Shown here piece by piece: positions 48,905 through 63,891 of a stretch of 64,000 bases of DNA. A program made the position numbers and the translations under genes. Source of the stretch: Octopus vulgaris. Its lineage: Eukaryota. The notes under the pieces are model-generated. The model saw nothing but the letters and a program-made list of their open reading frames with translations, did not search any database and was not told the DNA's origin. Within the stretch, counting starts at the first letter, position 1. Each line of letters starts with the position of its first letter. The stretch lies in contig OX597833.1 in NCBI GenBank assembly GCA_951406725.2, positions 1,488,001 through 1,552,000 of the forward strand, written 5' to 3'.

Positions 48905-49095
48905 AATGGAGAGTTTATGAAAAAACAACAAAAGACGAAGACAGGTGGTGTACAAAACAAACATATGTATTAGTATAACGCTCAGGAATAGAAAAAGTAT
49001 TTTACGTTTCGAGCCTACGCTCTTCTACAGAAAGGGACACAGAAAACATGGAGAGAAGAAAAATGTGTGTAGTGGCTAACGATCTATAAGGGCGA
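48905..49095 (-). mobile_element. Third copy of the 38905-39100 module; hammerhead core mutated (CUGUAGA)
   Basis: tgtattagt..aacgctcaggaa..tttacgtttcgagcctacgctc. Confidence 0.8.
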
Positions 49096-49340
49096 TCTAT
49101 CATATATATGTGTTATAGTTTAGAACAAACAGTAAGTTGTCATTATAGTACTTGGAGTTTCGAATGTCACTTTAGTTTCAAACAAGAAGCCTTGGATGTT
49201 GTAGCATGGAAATCTAGATTTACTTACGGAGACAGCAACTGTGTATCACCTGAGGAGATACATATAGATCTTCTTATACAGGTACATCGTTAAATAATTT
49301 AATTTAAACTCAACTTTGAATCCTGTATATACGCAAACAA

Positions 49341-49398
<58 letters not shown>

Positions 49399-49469
49399 TA
49401 TATACTTCTTAGTCTAAAGAAGTAACTTACTAGATTAGTTGTTTGCGTATATACAGGATTATATATATG

Positions 49470-49512
<43 letters not shown>

Positions 49513-49609
49513 GTATGTATATAAGCATACATGTATGTATGTATGTACGTACGTATGTATGTATGTATGTATGTATGTATGTATGTATGTATGTATGTAT
49601 GTATGTATG

Positions 49610-49648
<39 letters not shown>

Positions 49649-49695
49649 ATATATATATATATATATACTTTATTTTAAGCAGCAGAAAATTCAAC

Positions 49696-49743
49696 AAAAT
49701 CTGTTACTCTGAGTTTCTCGTTGCCGTTCATCAGACAGTTTTT
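49696..49743 (-). ncRNA. Type I hammerhead ribozyme, inverted twin of 50498-50545
   Basis: Exact reverse complement of the plus-strand copy. Confidence 0.72.
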
Positions 49744-50497
49744 GCTAGAATGGAACATATATATTAATTCAATCTATACTCTTACAAACGCTACACCTTT
49801 AAAAAGAAATGGACTTGTTTGATTGGCCCTTTAGAAAAAACGGTCAATCTTCGAGCGATAAACAAAAAGGTCAAAAATATATGTATATATATATAAAAAC
49901 TTATAAAAATTATAAAATCCGAGGAAAATACCGAGGAAAAAACCTGTTGCCGTTAATGAAGACAGTACAAATTAATGCATAGAAATTAAACCTGTTATAA
50001 ATACTGCAATACATATTTATATTAAAATCCACATATATATATATCAACATACACAAAAGGATGCGCGTAAACGCCATACATACACATACAGACGTATGAA
50101 TATGAATCTAAATTATACACATAAAAGCATGTGTACATATATTCACGCAAACCGTCTCGCACGCAAGCTAAAATTCATCTATGTAGCAATTCTCATATAC
50201 TGAGCAAGGAGGGGGAACGAAAGAAAGGGAAAGAGAGAAAAAGGAACGGAGGAGGGGTGGGGAAAAAACTTGTAGCGATGTTATTTGGCATCTATAGAGG
50301 CCTGTATACATACACAAGTTTGAATTGATACATATACATACCGTCGTGTATATGTGTGCTTAAGCACAAGCATACTTTCACTCACACATACACAGATACG
50401 CATGCTTACAAATACATATGCTTTGCTATACACAAACTTATATAAACATTCTAAATTTGACAACATTGCTTTTTTTATAAAAAAACATTGCTTTTAA

Positions 50498-50545
50498 AAA
50501 AACTGTCTGATGAACGGCAACGAGAAACTCAGAGTAACAGATTTT
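50498..50545 (+). ncRNA. Type I hammerhead ribozyme with a self-contained stem III
   Basis: AAAAACUGU-CUGAUGA-A-CG gcaa CG-A-GAA-ACU cag AGU-A|ACAGAUUUU; GNRA loop II; predicted cut after 50536. Confidence 0.72.
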
Positions 50546-50644
50546 GTTGAATTTTCTGCTGCTTAAAATAAAGCATATTACTCTACCACTGGTATTTGAG
50601 TACTCTTTTTTTCCACCTTGTTTCACATTTATGTGTTTACTCCG

Positions 50645-50706
<62 letters not shown>

Positions 50707-50880
50707 TTAAAAGGGCAGGCAACAGGTTGCTTCGCCGCATACCGAAGGAATTAGAAGTGGCAGTCAAAGACTGTTTATTTCCATTTTCTATAAGTGGACG
50801 TTCCATATACGACAAACCGTGCGATTCACATACGCAAAATCGGAGTAGTAAATAAACGAAAACAATCTCTTACCGTTAAT

Positions 50881-50937
50881 GATGAACATGTTTCTGGATC
50901 GTAGGTTAGAAATTGCCTAATTTCCTTCATCAACACC
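50881..50937 (-). ncRNA. Hammerhead-like motif (C3U variant) in a (TA)n-flanked module at 50705-50941
   Basis: GGUG-UUGAUGA-A-GG..26 nt..CC-A-GAAAC-AU-GUU|CAUC. Confidence 0.5.
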
Positions 50938-50940
50938 TTC

Positions 50941-50980
<40 letters not shown>

Positions 50981-51499
50981 TACTTTTATTCTTTAGTTTC
51001 AGTCCGACGACCGCGGCTATGCTGAGAGCTCGCCGTTTGCTTTGCAACACTTTCACTAAATCTCTTCTGATATGCGACATTTTGTGGATGAGGAAGTTTG
51101 AAGTTGCTGCCCTCATCTGTGTTTCTTGCCTTCAGGTAGCTTCATCGTGAACTCTTGACATAGGGAGACCCAGTTTCGTATTGCAAACGCCTACATCCAC
51201 ATCATGTAGGTCTCTTAGGCTTTGTGGCAAGATATTGAAGAACTATGGACACTTGAATCCCAAGCTGTTACAGTATCAGGTCCTGTATCCTGATGTGAAT
51301 ATCGGGAATTTTGGTACTATACCAGTTTATCATTTGAATCTATATAGAGCCTGTTTAAATATATAAATATGCATGACAATACATACAAACATACAAACAT
51401 ACAAACATACACTGCTGATGTTGAAGTTCCAATAGATCTAGGTTCGAAATCGGCTCTTTCTCTATTGGCAAGAAATCTTGTAATAAAACTGATTAATAA

Positions 51500-51695
51500 C
51501 ATACATACACACATGCATACATACATACATATATACATACATACATACATACATATATACATACATACATACATACATACACACATACATACATACATAC
51601 ATACATACATACATACATACATACATACACATACATACATACATACATACATACATACATACATACATACATACATACATACATACATACACACA

Positions 51696-51729
<34 letters not shown>

Positions 51730-51895
51730 CATACATACATACATACATACATACATACATACATACACACATACATACATACATACATACATACATACAT
51801 ACATACATACATACATACATACATACATACATACATACATACATACATACATACATACATACATACATACATACATACATACATACATACATACA

Positions 51896-51929
<34 letters not shown>

Positions 51930-52043
51930 CATACATACATACACACATACACACATACATACATACATACATACATACATACATACATACATACATACAT
52001 ACATACATACATACATACATACATACATACACACATACATACA

Positions 52044-52075
<32 letters not shown>

Positions 52076-52341
52076 CATACATACATACACACATACACAC
52101 ATACATACATACATACATACATACATACATACATACATACATACATACATACATACATACATACATACATACATACATACATACATACATACATACATAC
52201 ATACATACATACATACATACATACATACATACATACACACATACATACATACATACATACATACATACATACATACATACATACATACATACATACATAC
52301 ATACATACATACATACATACATACATACATACATACATAGA

Positions 52342-52373
<32 letters not shown>

Positions 52374-52443
52374 CATACATACATACATACATACATACAT
52401 ACATACATACATACATACATACATACATACATACATACATACA

Positions 52444-52477
<34 letters not shown>

Positions 52478-52644
52478 CATATATACATACATACATACAC
52501 ACACACATACATACATACATACATACATACATACATACATACATACATACATACATACATACATACATACATACATACATACATACATACATACATACAT
52601 ACATACATACATACATACATACATACATACATACATACATACAT
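51500..52644. repeat. 1.15-kb (ATAC)n microsatellite
   Basis: Direct inspection. Confidence 0.97.
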
Positions 52645-52886
52645 AGATGAACCTTCAGCTCATGCTTAAATTCCAGTGAAAATCCCTGTTTCTAGGTTAT
52701 AAACTCGCTCTCTCTCTCCATTAGTAAGAAATTCGAAAAATACACTTCAAAAATATACCTACACACATTATACATACATCTAGCGTAGGTATTTACACAC
52801 ATATATACACCTACACAGGTACATATATATATGTATGTGAGTGTGTGTGTATGTGTATGCATGTATATATATGTATGTGTGTGTGC

Positions 52887-52939
<53 letters not shown>

Positions 52940-53765
52940 TACACATTAATAAATGCATACAACACGCACCCACACGCACGTATTCCTCGCTAATTCTAAC
53001 AATAGAAAGCTAGCATTGTATTTCTGTGAATGATGAACACACAAGATTTCCTTTTTTCCCTCACCTCCTCCAGCGCCGACCAGCAAAAACGCCATTAACG
53101 GCTATTTATTTTATTTCTCTTCCGTCTCTTCCACATTAATCTACTGCTAGCGAAGATCAGCCAAAGACACTTCACCAACACAACAATCACTCCAAACTCA
53201 TTAGGAGGCATGTGATAGCCAATAAAACGGTACAGATCGAGAGGAATAAAAGTCATCATGGCGTTAGGATGCATCAGATAAAAACGGTCTTTGTTTTGTG
53301 TGTTGGAAGAGTTTCTGTTGTTGGTGGAACCGGTTGCATTGACGAGCTGTTTGCCATTGTCGTACAAGTAATTGTGTATTTTTCTATGCACGTTTTCACA
53401 AACATACGTTCATACATGTGTATACGCATACATACATATGTGTTTGCGTGTCTGTGTGCGTCTGTATGCATAGACAGAATGGGGAATAGATAGATAGATA
53501 TGGATGGATAGATTGATAGATAGATAGACAGACAGACAGATAGAAATGTTCATAGTCAGAGAGAAAATATACACACATATAAGTATATATATAGGCATAC
53601 ACACACACACACACATATATATATATTTAAATGTATACATGAATATGTATATTTATTTATATATATATATATGTATATGTATATATAAAAGTGTATGTAT
53701 AAATCTATATGTGTGTAAGTATATACATATATTTACGTTTTACATGTATGTAAGAGCCTGTATAG

Positions 53766-53899
<134 letters not shown>

Positions 53900-54215
53900 T
53901 GTATGCGTGTGTGCGCGCGCACGTGTGTGTGTGGATTTATTTAGAAGTATAACAACACGTCTCTAACAAAAGCTGAAATAAGTTTTTCTCGTACATTATC
54001 ATCACCATGGAAACGATACGGAATACAATAACAATTCTGACGATGGTGATGATGATGATGATGATGGAGTAAAGCTATGATGATAATACTGGTGATAATG
54101 CTGCTGCTGTTGCTGATGATGATGATGATTAAAATGATGACATGATATTTTCGACGATGGGGAAGATGATGACGATTGCGATAACGCCGACAACGCTTAG
54201 ATCCTTGGGAGATAC

Positions 54216-54668
54216 TCTTACTCTTTACTCTTTTACTTGTTTCAGTCATTTGACTGCGGCCATGCTGGAGCACCGCCTTTAGTCGAGCAACTCGACCCCG
54301 GGACTTATTCTTTGTAAGCCCAGTACTTATTCTATCGGTCTCTTTTGTCGAACCGCTAGGTGACGGGGACGAAACACACCAGCATCGGTTGTCAAGCGAT
54401 GCTAGGGGGACAAACACAGACACACACACACATATACACACACACTTATATATATATATACATATATACGACGGACTTCTTTCAGTTTCCGTCTACCAAA
54501 TCCACTCACAAGGCATTGGTCGGCCCGAGGCTATAGCAGAAGAGACTTGCCCAAGATGCCACACAGTGGGACTGAACCCGGAACCATGTGGTTGGTTAGC
54601 AAGCTACTTACCACACAGCCACTCCTGCGCCCATGCCACTCCTGCGCCTATGCTACTCCTGCGCCTAT
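54216..54668 (-). mobile_element. SINE family A with a triplicated 17-bp 5' end
   Basis: Family A consensus; gccactcctgcgccyat-type unit three times at 54618-54668. Confidence 0.92.
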
Positions 54669-54759
54669 ATGTTTTTATATGTTTCTTATTTGACGGATTA
54701 CTTTTCCAGGGTCCATACAACCATAGTCAGAAATCCACACAGTCCTACATGTAACTGTC

Positions 54760-55160
54760 TGAACTTCAGTTCATCTTTGGTGTCAGAAGGGGTTTTGCTG
54801 CTCTCTTGCTCAAGTACGCCCCACATATAATAATAACGGGGTTTGGAGTCTTGGGAGTTAGGTGGACAGACGTTACAGGTATGTGGTTGCAGAAATTCTC
54901 TGACAGTCATAAATGGGTTCTCCTGCTTGTGTAGCATGGTGCAGAGTCTTGTTGCCAGACATTGGGTCTTCCAGCAGCCACTACCTTCACCCAGAACAGC
55001 ACTACCTCCTCCAAGCATTTGATGTCGGCCTCCGTGTTGAGTCTGAGGCCGTGTGAGAAGATGAATGGAGGCATAACGTGGCCATCACCAGTGATCACTC
55101 TGAATACCATGATGTTGACTGGATGTTTGATTTTTATAACTTTCGGTACATGTCCCTAGA
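54760..55160 (-). pseudogene. Tc1/mariner-superfamily transposase fragment (maT/DD37D-like)
   Basis: KHPVNIMVF..GHVMPPFIF..WQQDSAPCYTS, then CPPNSQDSKPRYYYMWG..TKDELK (decayed WPPNSPDxNPLDYxVW). Confidence 0.85.
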
Positions 55161-56406
55161 TTGACACCCAAACATTCTTAGATATTTGTATTGGAACTTC
55201 CGGTGTGAATGCCAAGCAGTACAGAATGTTGTTTCAAAACTTCTGGAAGATGCTGTTTTTCTCACAGACGATCTCCAACTGACCCTACGATACGGCGTAG
55301 TCGACAAAATGAGAAACAATCAATGCGCTTGCGTGAAATAAAAAAAAATATTAAAGGCCGACAATTTACCCCTCGTACCCAGTATGTATGTATACATGTG
55401 TGTGTATATATATATACACACACACATATATATATATATATACATACAATCATACTTACATACATATATACATATATAGAAATGGATGCATGCGTTCTGT
55501 CGTGTAATAACAAATTAATAAATAAAACATGTATATATACATACATATATGTATGTACCTACCTCTACATGTATATATACATGCATACATGGGTACAGGA
55601 CACCAAAAAAACGTCGAACACAATGAGAAACGAAAACATAAACACAAAACCAAGGGACTGGACATTTTTCTTAAACAACGAAAAAATAGAGTACAGGACA
55701 AATAACACAAGGAAAATTCCCCTTCTTCAGTCGCCATGGTTTCATACATACATATGTTTGTGTGTGTTTGTGTCGATATTTCTTCTCCACCATCGCTTGG
55801 CAACCGGTGGTGTCGTCCCCACGACCCCCTAACTTGGCGGGTCCGTATGGTAGACCGAGAAAATAAGTACAAGGTTTAAAACAATAAGTAGCAGGGACGA
55901 TTCGCTCGATAAAAAATTCATGAGGGCAGTGCTCCAGCATGACCGCATTCAAATGACTGAGAAAAGCAGACGATAAACGATAAAAGAAAAGGCGTCAAAA
56001 AGCCAAAGGCGTTTAGCCTACGACAAGGAAACAAATAGAATGAATAAAGACAAACACAATTACTTTGGAAATTATGAAAAGTGGCGCTCCAACCGTGATA
56101 ATTGCTCCAACGTCTTAACAAAGATCGATGTATCGATACGGAAAACAAATATGCACGGATACGAACATCTCTATACAATAAATGACAGAGAAAAATAAAG
56201 TATAAACAAAATGGACGTCTATATCTAATGGCGCTGGCGTGGACAATACAAGATTATGGAGCGACAGCTGACAATGGCAGACTTGGAAATTAGAAATCGA
56301 AGCTGGATCGTGTGTAAGTCATGCAAATTACCTCGTGATCATGTAAATACACTAAACAATTTAGTACAAAGCCTATAATACTACTACTACTTATACTACT
56401 ACTACT

Positions 56407-56482
<76 letters not shown>

Positions 56483-56501
56483 ATAATAATAATAATAATA
56501 C

Positions 56502-56543
<42 letters not shown>

Positions 56544-56590
56544 TGATGATGATCTTAATAATAATAATAATAATAGTAGTAGTAGTAGTA

Positions 56591-56627
<37 letters not shown>

Positions 56628-57144
56628 TGATGATGATGATGATGATAATAATAGTATATATGTGTATATCTATGTAATATTTAAACCTACGTATATAAAC
56701 ATATACATATATATGTGTGTGTGTGTGTAAAAATAAATATGCATATATGTATGTGTGTATATATATGTATGTTTGTGTGTTTGTATGTGGGTGTGTGTAC
56801 GTGCGTGCCTGTACGCGTGTGTGTATCTGTTTGTATATATGTGTGTGTATGTATGTATGTATGTATGTATGTATGTATGTATGTATGTATGTATGTGTCT
56901 GCACGTGTGTGTATGTGTATGTATATATGTATGTGTGTGTGTGTGTGTGTGAATGACTTTGATACAAAACAATAACAAATAAATTTTAGTGGAAAGAAAT
57001 GGAAACAATCTAGAGAACGTGAAAGTCAGTTGACATTGCCGTAGCGGGAGATTATTCCCTCTCCAAAGGACTATCGTAGCATCTGCATTGTTTCTCTTGT
57101 GGTATGGGCAGTTACCCCATCCTACTGGAACCATGGGTGAGGTC

Positions 57145-57250
57145 TACTTTGGATGGCCTCCACGTTCCCCAAACTTGACTAGCCAGGACCTTTTCTTGTG
57201 GGAATACCTGTAAGAGAGGGTATACGTCAACAAACCGGAGACCCTGGTAT
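57145..57250 (+). pseudogene. Tc1/mariner transposase C-terminal scrap (DD41D-like)
   Basis: GWPPRSPNLTSQDLFLWEYL*ERVYVNKPETL. Confidence 0.75.
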
Positions 57251-57309
57251 TTCTCGGGGAGATTCAGCGTGATATACAGGGTGACAAAGCTGGCCCTTTG
57301 AAATACAGG

Positions 57310-57502
57310 TACATGAGGAACAGGAAAAAAAGAGTGAGAGAAAGTTGTAGTGAAAGAGTATAGCAGGGTTGGCCACCACCCTCTGCTGGAGCCTCGTGGA
57401 GCTTTAGGGGTTTCCGCTCAATAAACACTCACAATGCCCGGTCTTAGAATCGAAACCGCGATCCTACAACAGCGAGTTCACTGCCCTAACCACTGAGCCA
57501 TA
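57310..57502 (-). mobile_element. SINE family D, 5' half
   Basis: Homologous to 44305-44490. Confidence 0.82.
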
Positions 57503-57519
57503 ATTCCTTTTCCCCCACA

Positions 57520-57763
57520 GGGCCTGCCCTGTTTAACATTGTCCCGAAACAGGTCAAAGAGGCAAAAGGATTCCATTACCTTTAAACGAAATTCGGAAAA
57601 AATTTCTTCAAAGAATACAACTCTCTCAACAAGAACTCCCTACTCGAATGGGCGACAAAACTTGATTTTAAAAGGGTTTAGATAATCATAGCAGGTGGTG
57701 CTATTAAGTTATACATGGCCCGGACCAATCTTTAGTCGAAACATATTTAAGTTTATCCAAGTT
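57520..57763 (+). mobile_element. LINE 3' fragment (CR1/L2-group, Crack/Daphne-like)
   Basis: GPALFNIVPKQVKE..FKR..NSLLEW decayed C-terminus; 3' UTR shared with 15222-15325; abuts (TA)n. Confidence 0.6.
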
Positions 57764-57764
57764 C

Positions 57765-58765
<1,001 letters not shown>

Positions 58766-60679
58766 TGACTAATTTTAAGCGATTGCGTTGTTCCAATTAT
58801 ATAATAGATGCTTTATCTTTTATGGAATATTGAGAAAGCTAAATCTATTGTTTAGACACGGCTTCTATATTCCAAGAAGTGAAGGTAGTATAAAATGTTT
58901 AATGTTTTTATCTGGGATTTTTGTGTTTGAAGTTGATTTGAAGTGAGTGATTGAGAGAGAGGTCTGGAACGAAAAATGAGTGCTGATAAAACTGTGAGGA
59001 GTAGTTACTAGAAGGGGTGAGGAACGTATGAGAAGAAGAGAGGAGAGGAAAAACTCTGCTTTTGAGTGTGGGGGAAAAAGTATTGATTACATATAACTAC
59101 GAATTGAAAGAACGCAGGAATAATTTCTGTTCGATTTAAAGTTGATGAAAGTAATATATTATTAGGAAGGTATCGTTGGATGTAAAAAAAAAAAAAAAGA
59201 ATTTTCTAGCTTGAATTGTGATTTTACAACAGTATGTATTTTATTTATTTTCATTGAACCGAATGGTAAAAGATAAAATATCATTATGAGAAAACAAATT
59301 TAAGACAGTGAAATTTTAAATAAACGCTGGTTAAACTAATATAAAACGTTAAGATTTAGAAAAAATTAAAGTTAAGTCAGTGAGTTGTATTAATGGATTT
59401 GATTTTCTGTTAAATATTTATAATTTTACGATAAAATCAAGGAATTTTTCTGAAAAGAGTTTTACAGACGGTTAAGAAAAAAAGGAATTATCAACGTACA
59501 TATAAAATTTATTATTGTGTATTAAATAAGATGTAAAGAAATAAAATGAGTTAAATCTGAAAAATAAGTAAAATACAGTATGAGGAAGATAAAAAAATTA
59601 ATTCAGAAACCTAAATACATCGTAATCTACAATAATTTTATCGACTGACGTAAAGGCTATTTGGAAAAAAAAAAAAAAAAGAAATCTGCTACTTCAATTT
59701 TCATGGTTTAAGTTAATCTTTTTAAAATTTTCGGGACTATTGTTAGAGAATTAGCTTGATTTTAAAAATAGAATTTAGAATAAGTTTATGACAAAGCGAG
59801 AATAGCTTTCAAGTTCTAGTGTAGGTGCTTTTAACTTGATGATGAAAGGAAAAATTTGTTAGAAGGTAGATTATGTAAAGTATTAAAATGAGCAGTTTTG
59901 CAAAGATTCACAATTGAGATATACGGAGAAAGAAAGATTAAAGATTATGTATTTTAAATAAACAAAAGCTATATTTGAATATAATGCTACATATAGAATA
60001 GGACGGAATCTAAAAACGGTCAGATTTGCAGAAAATAAAGCTAAATTTATTAGTGATTGGTTAAGTTGATTAAATAAAACATTGCCTAAATTGAAAGTTA
60101 ATTAAACCGAACAAGGATTGCATATTCAGTTTTAAAATATATAGTTGTTAAATATTAATGCATTTCAGTAGAATTAACGCCAGTTACTTTACACAGATAA
60201 AGTAATACATATTAATTAAATTTAGCAAGCTCTTTTTAATTGTAAGTATTATTACTTTTTTTTATGTTTGTAGGTTTCCATGCACTATGTGTGTAAGAGG
60301 AGATTGCTTAGGATTGTTTCTTTAAATAGGAATATCTCTAAACTCTCGTTTGTGCATAAATTATTTGGTTTCTAATTAGCGTTAATTTTTCGCCCAAATC
60401 TGTAAATATTTAACATATAACATTCTCTAATACAACTATATGTATTCAGTAAATATAAATATAAACAGCTCCGCCCTGCATTGAATTAGCGATTTAAACG
60501 ATATTTACTGTTTGTTTATTCACTCAGAAATAAGTATACATTTCGTGACAAAAGTGACAATCTCTACTAAAAAACTGCGACGACGTTCTCGGAGAGACTC
60601 TGGACGGCAACGGGAACGAATTGTCTAGTCTGTTTCGGAGTAATAGAAATTAGGAGGCGTGATTTGGTAGTAGTAGATA

Positions 60680-61005
60680 AAAGGAATAGAAAGTGCTCGA
60701 TAATTGACTTTACAGTAAATAATATTATGAAAATATCAATATGAGAGGTATAGAAAAATAGCTAAGTACCAGGATCTAGCTATTGAATTACAGAGACTAT
60801 AGAAAGAGCGGATAAAATATATCCCAGTAGTTATAGATGTATTGAGAACTATCCCTAAAAATCTCAACAAATGATTACAGGAAGTAGGCATAAAACCCAG
60901 TTTAGTACAGCTGCAGAAAAACAGTGTTATTAGGGACAGCTAAGATACTTAGGAGCGTTCTTGTAATTTAAGGTTACTCATTGTATCACGATGTTAGAAA
61001 TTTTT
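60680..61005 (+). mobile_element. Second, older R4/Dong subfamily 3' fragment
   Basis: KIAKYQDLAIELQRL*..IPVVI..LQK/TVLLGTAKILRSVL; followed by (TAA)n. Confidence 0.8.
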
Positions 61006-61069
61006 CTGTTGTGTGTATTATTATAATAATAATGATAATAATAATAATAGCAACAACAACAATAATAAT

Positions 61070-61625
61070 AAATGCCCTGATGCAGTACCAGGCAGTGGCT
61101 CTCGTGGCTTCTGATCTTAACTGATTAGAAGTGTTATGTACATTGTTTTGTCTTGGTATAAAAGATGGGTTACAGCAAATATTCTGCTCAATACCACAGA
61201 TTTGCTTGCCAGTTGTTTGACCTTAACCAGTTGAGCATGTCCCTTAGTGGCTGACGATATGTGCATCTCTGATCACGAGCAGAAGTAGTGGGGGAGCATC
61301 ATAGCCATGTGTTGAGAAGTATTCTTTGGGGTTTGAATAATTCACCTCTGGAAGCATGGGTGTTTCGATCAACATCGTTAGACAACCCTTATTCAGGGAC
61401 CTTTTGAGCAGGATGGGCTACTCGACCTCAAGAAAATTCTAACCGGGTCCCAACGGCAAGGTCATGCGCTGTTAATCTTGATATGAGATCACCATGTCGC
61501 GCACATATTCATGTGATGCATGTGCCTGGTGTCCCCTTATCAGACGGGTAGTCATCATGGGTATACTGGGTTTCGTATATTTTACTCCAGCGTCACTTTG
61601 ATGGCAAGCACTGCTCTCTCACTCA
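61070..61625. repeat. Repeat E, fullest copy (about 555 bp, non-coding, within (TAA)n)
   Basis: Three copies in the window; no ORF, tRNA head or TIR seen. Confidence 0.85.
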
Positions 61626-61665
61626 ATATTAACAATAATAATTAATAATAATAATAATAATAATG

Positions 61666-61723
<58 letters not shown>

Positions 61724-61724
61724 T

Positions 61725-62390
61725 TTCATTTATTTGCCACGAGGGCGAATGATAAGGGGAACAATGCAAAGACAGGCATAAAATGTTGGGGTTTCCATAT
61801 AATGAAATAAGAAAAAAAGTGGCGAGGAGGATGGTAAAGATGTGGCCCTCCTGATACAGGAAAGCCTCTAGAAGTAATCGAAGAAACCCACTGTCCGAAA
61901 TGTCCCTGAAACTCCAGGAGCAAATAACGCCTCTAATCCCTTCTCTCGAATTCACATGTCTACACTTAGTGAGGTACTATCCTCTCGTACTATTTTTGCA
62001 ACTTTCACCCATAAATTCATTTCCTAATAAATTCATTCGAGTGCAGCACTTCCCTCTCTACACTCAATTTCCTTTTGAAGTGAAACTCGAAGTCAAAGAG
62101 GAATCTCTCTGTCCTCATGCCTTTGTCCATTAAACAACCTTTTCGCCACAGCCACCAGGCAAATGAAAACTGCCTTGCCTGTCCTATTGAAGGAGGGTGG
62201 CACTACGATCATCACTACAGACTCGGTCGACAGACTACTCCGTCCAACACGTGACAGCAGCTCTTCGACATAACCCCACAAGTCAGCAATGCCCAGGCAT
62301 AAATTCTACAGGCGTGGATGTGCTGTCAGACGGGCTTTCCCGAAATGTGTGAGGGTGACGAAACCGTTCTGCAAGTCCTCGTTCAGTGTC
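61725..62390 (-). mobile_element. Tx1/L1-group LINE 3' fragment
   Basis: IADLWGYVEELLSRV..FICLVAVAK..FHFKRKLSVEREVL; AATAAA then a microsatellite tail on the minus strand. Confidence 0.6.
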
Positions 62391-62589
62391 CGGGCATTGA
62401 TGATTTGTAGGTTTCTGCAATCATAACCATGTCCCACAACTACTATCTTTGGGATTCTATCTTTGGGAATCTATCATGCAACACCTTCTCCTGCCAGCCA
62501 CATAGTTTTTGTTCTTTTTTTCTGGCTTTTAACTTCGGTCGGGATTTTGGTTTCCATATGTCTTGCTGTGATTGTAGCAACTCTTAAAC

Positions 62590-62718
62590 AGCGACGACGA
62601 CGACGACGACGAAGAAGAAGAAGAAGAAGAAGAAGAAGAAGAAGAAGAGGAAGAGGAAGAAGAAGAAGAAGAAGAAAGTGGTAGTGGTGGTGGTGTGTGG
62701 GGGTGCCGCTGCTGGTGG

Positions 62719-62759
<41 letters not shown>

Positions 62760-62849
62760 GTGGCGGTGGCGATGGCGGTGGCGATGGCGGTGGCGGTGGT
62801 GGTGGTGATAACGATGGTGATGATGATGATGATGATGATTGATGATGAT

Positions 62850-62884
<35 letters not shown>

Positions 62885-63051
62885 GATGATGATGATGATG
62901 ATTGATGATGATTGATGATGATGATGATGATGATGATGATAATAATAATAACAATCATGATGATGATGATGATGATGAGGATGATGATGATGATGATTGA
63001 TGATGATTGATGATGATGATGATGATGATGATGATAATAATAATAACAATC

Positions 63052-63113
<62 letters not shown>
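62590..63113. repeat. Compound (GAA)n/(GGT)n/(GAT)n microsatellite
   Basis: Direct inspection. Confidence 0.95.
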
Positions 63114-63579
63114 ATGATCGTGTATGTATTAAAGTTGTATGAAAACAAATAACGAAGAGCTGAAATGAGGAACAGAAAAAAAAATGATAAAAGTAAGTTT
63201 TGCTCCGTTAACCTGACTTAAAGTAGTAAGATAAATATTATATCTTAATAAAATAATACACCTTATAAATATAGGTTGGTTGCCATTTTGGTGGTTTGGA
63301 TGGTTGATATCTCCAATAAGCACTTTCCATTTTAATAAATAAAGAATGCGAATGAGCGAAAGAATGATTACAGTGAGTTTATACAAGAGGTGACGATGAA
63401 CGCACATACTAGGCTTGGTGGCAGTCAATGAGAAAGTTTCATAGAGACAGAGAACGAGGTGAGGCAGTAAATGACAGAGCAGTTACGGGAGATTTCATAT
63501 ATTGAATGCAATGGCGGATAAATCGCAATAATTTCGCATGCGTGCAGGCATCCCTGTAACAAGAGATGTGTGTGTGTTT

Positions 63580-63620
<41 letters not shown>

Positions 63621-63852
63621 GGTGACACTGGCAATTTAAAATATCTATATATTACATATGCATAAGATTATAATGTTCATAATTTAGTATGCACACGAAT
63701 GCGAAAAATCCAATTTCGAGATATTTCGTAGTTTATATTCAGAAAATAAAATAAACTCGAAACAATTACACATCGTGTTGATTTTACGTTACGAAAACGA
63801 ACCCATATGCACCCACCTTCTCCCTTCCCGCCTCTCTCTTCTCACTTTCCCC

Positions 63853-63891
<39 letters not shown>

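Noticed and set aside
55700-55745. CUGAAGA hammerhead on the minus strand (also near 48200-48240)
   Set aside because: No GAAA follows the putative stem II, so the fold cannot be closed
57715-57745. GUCGAAAC hairpin as a ribozyme
   Set aside because: It lacks the 5' core and is better explained as a LINE 3' stem-loop
58800-60300. A-rich stretch as a decayed L1-like ORF2
   Set aside because: The strand asymmetry is suggestive, but I found no convincing RT or endonuclease motif; it needs an HMM search
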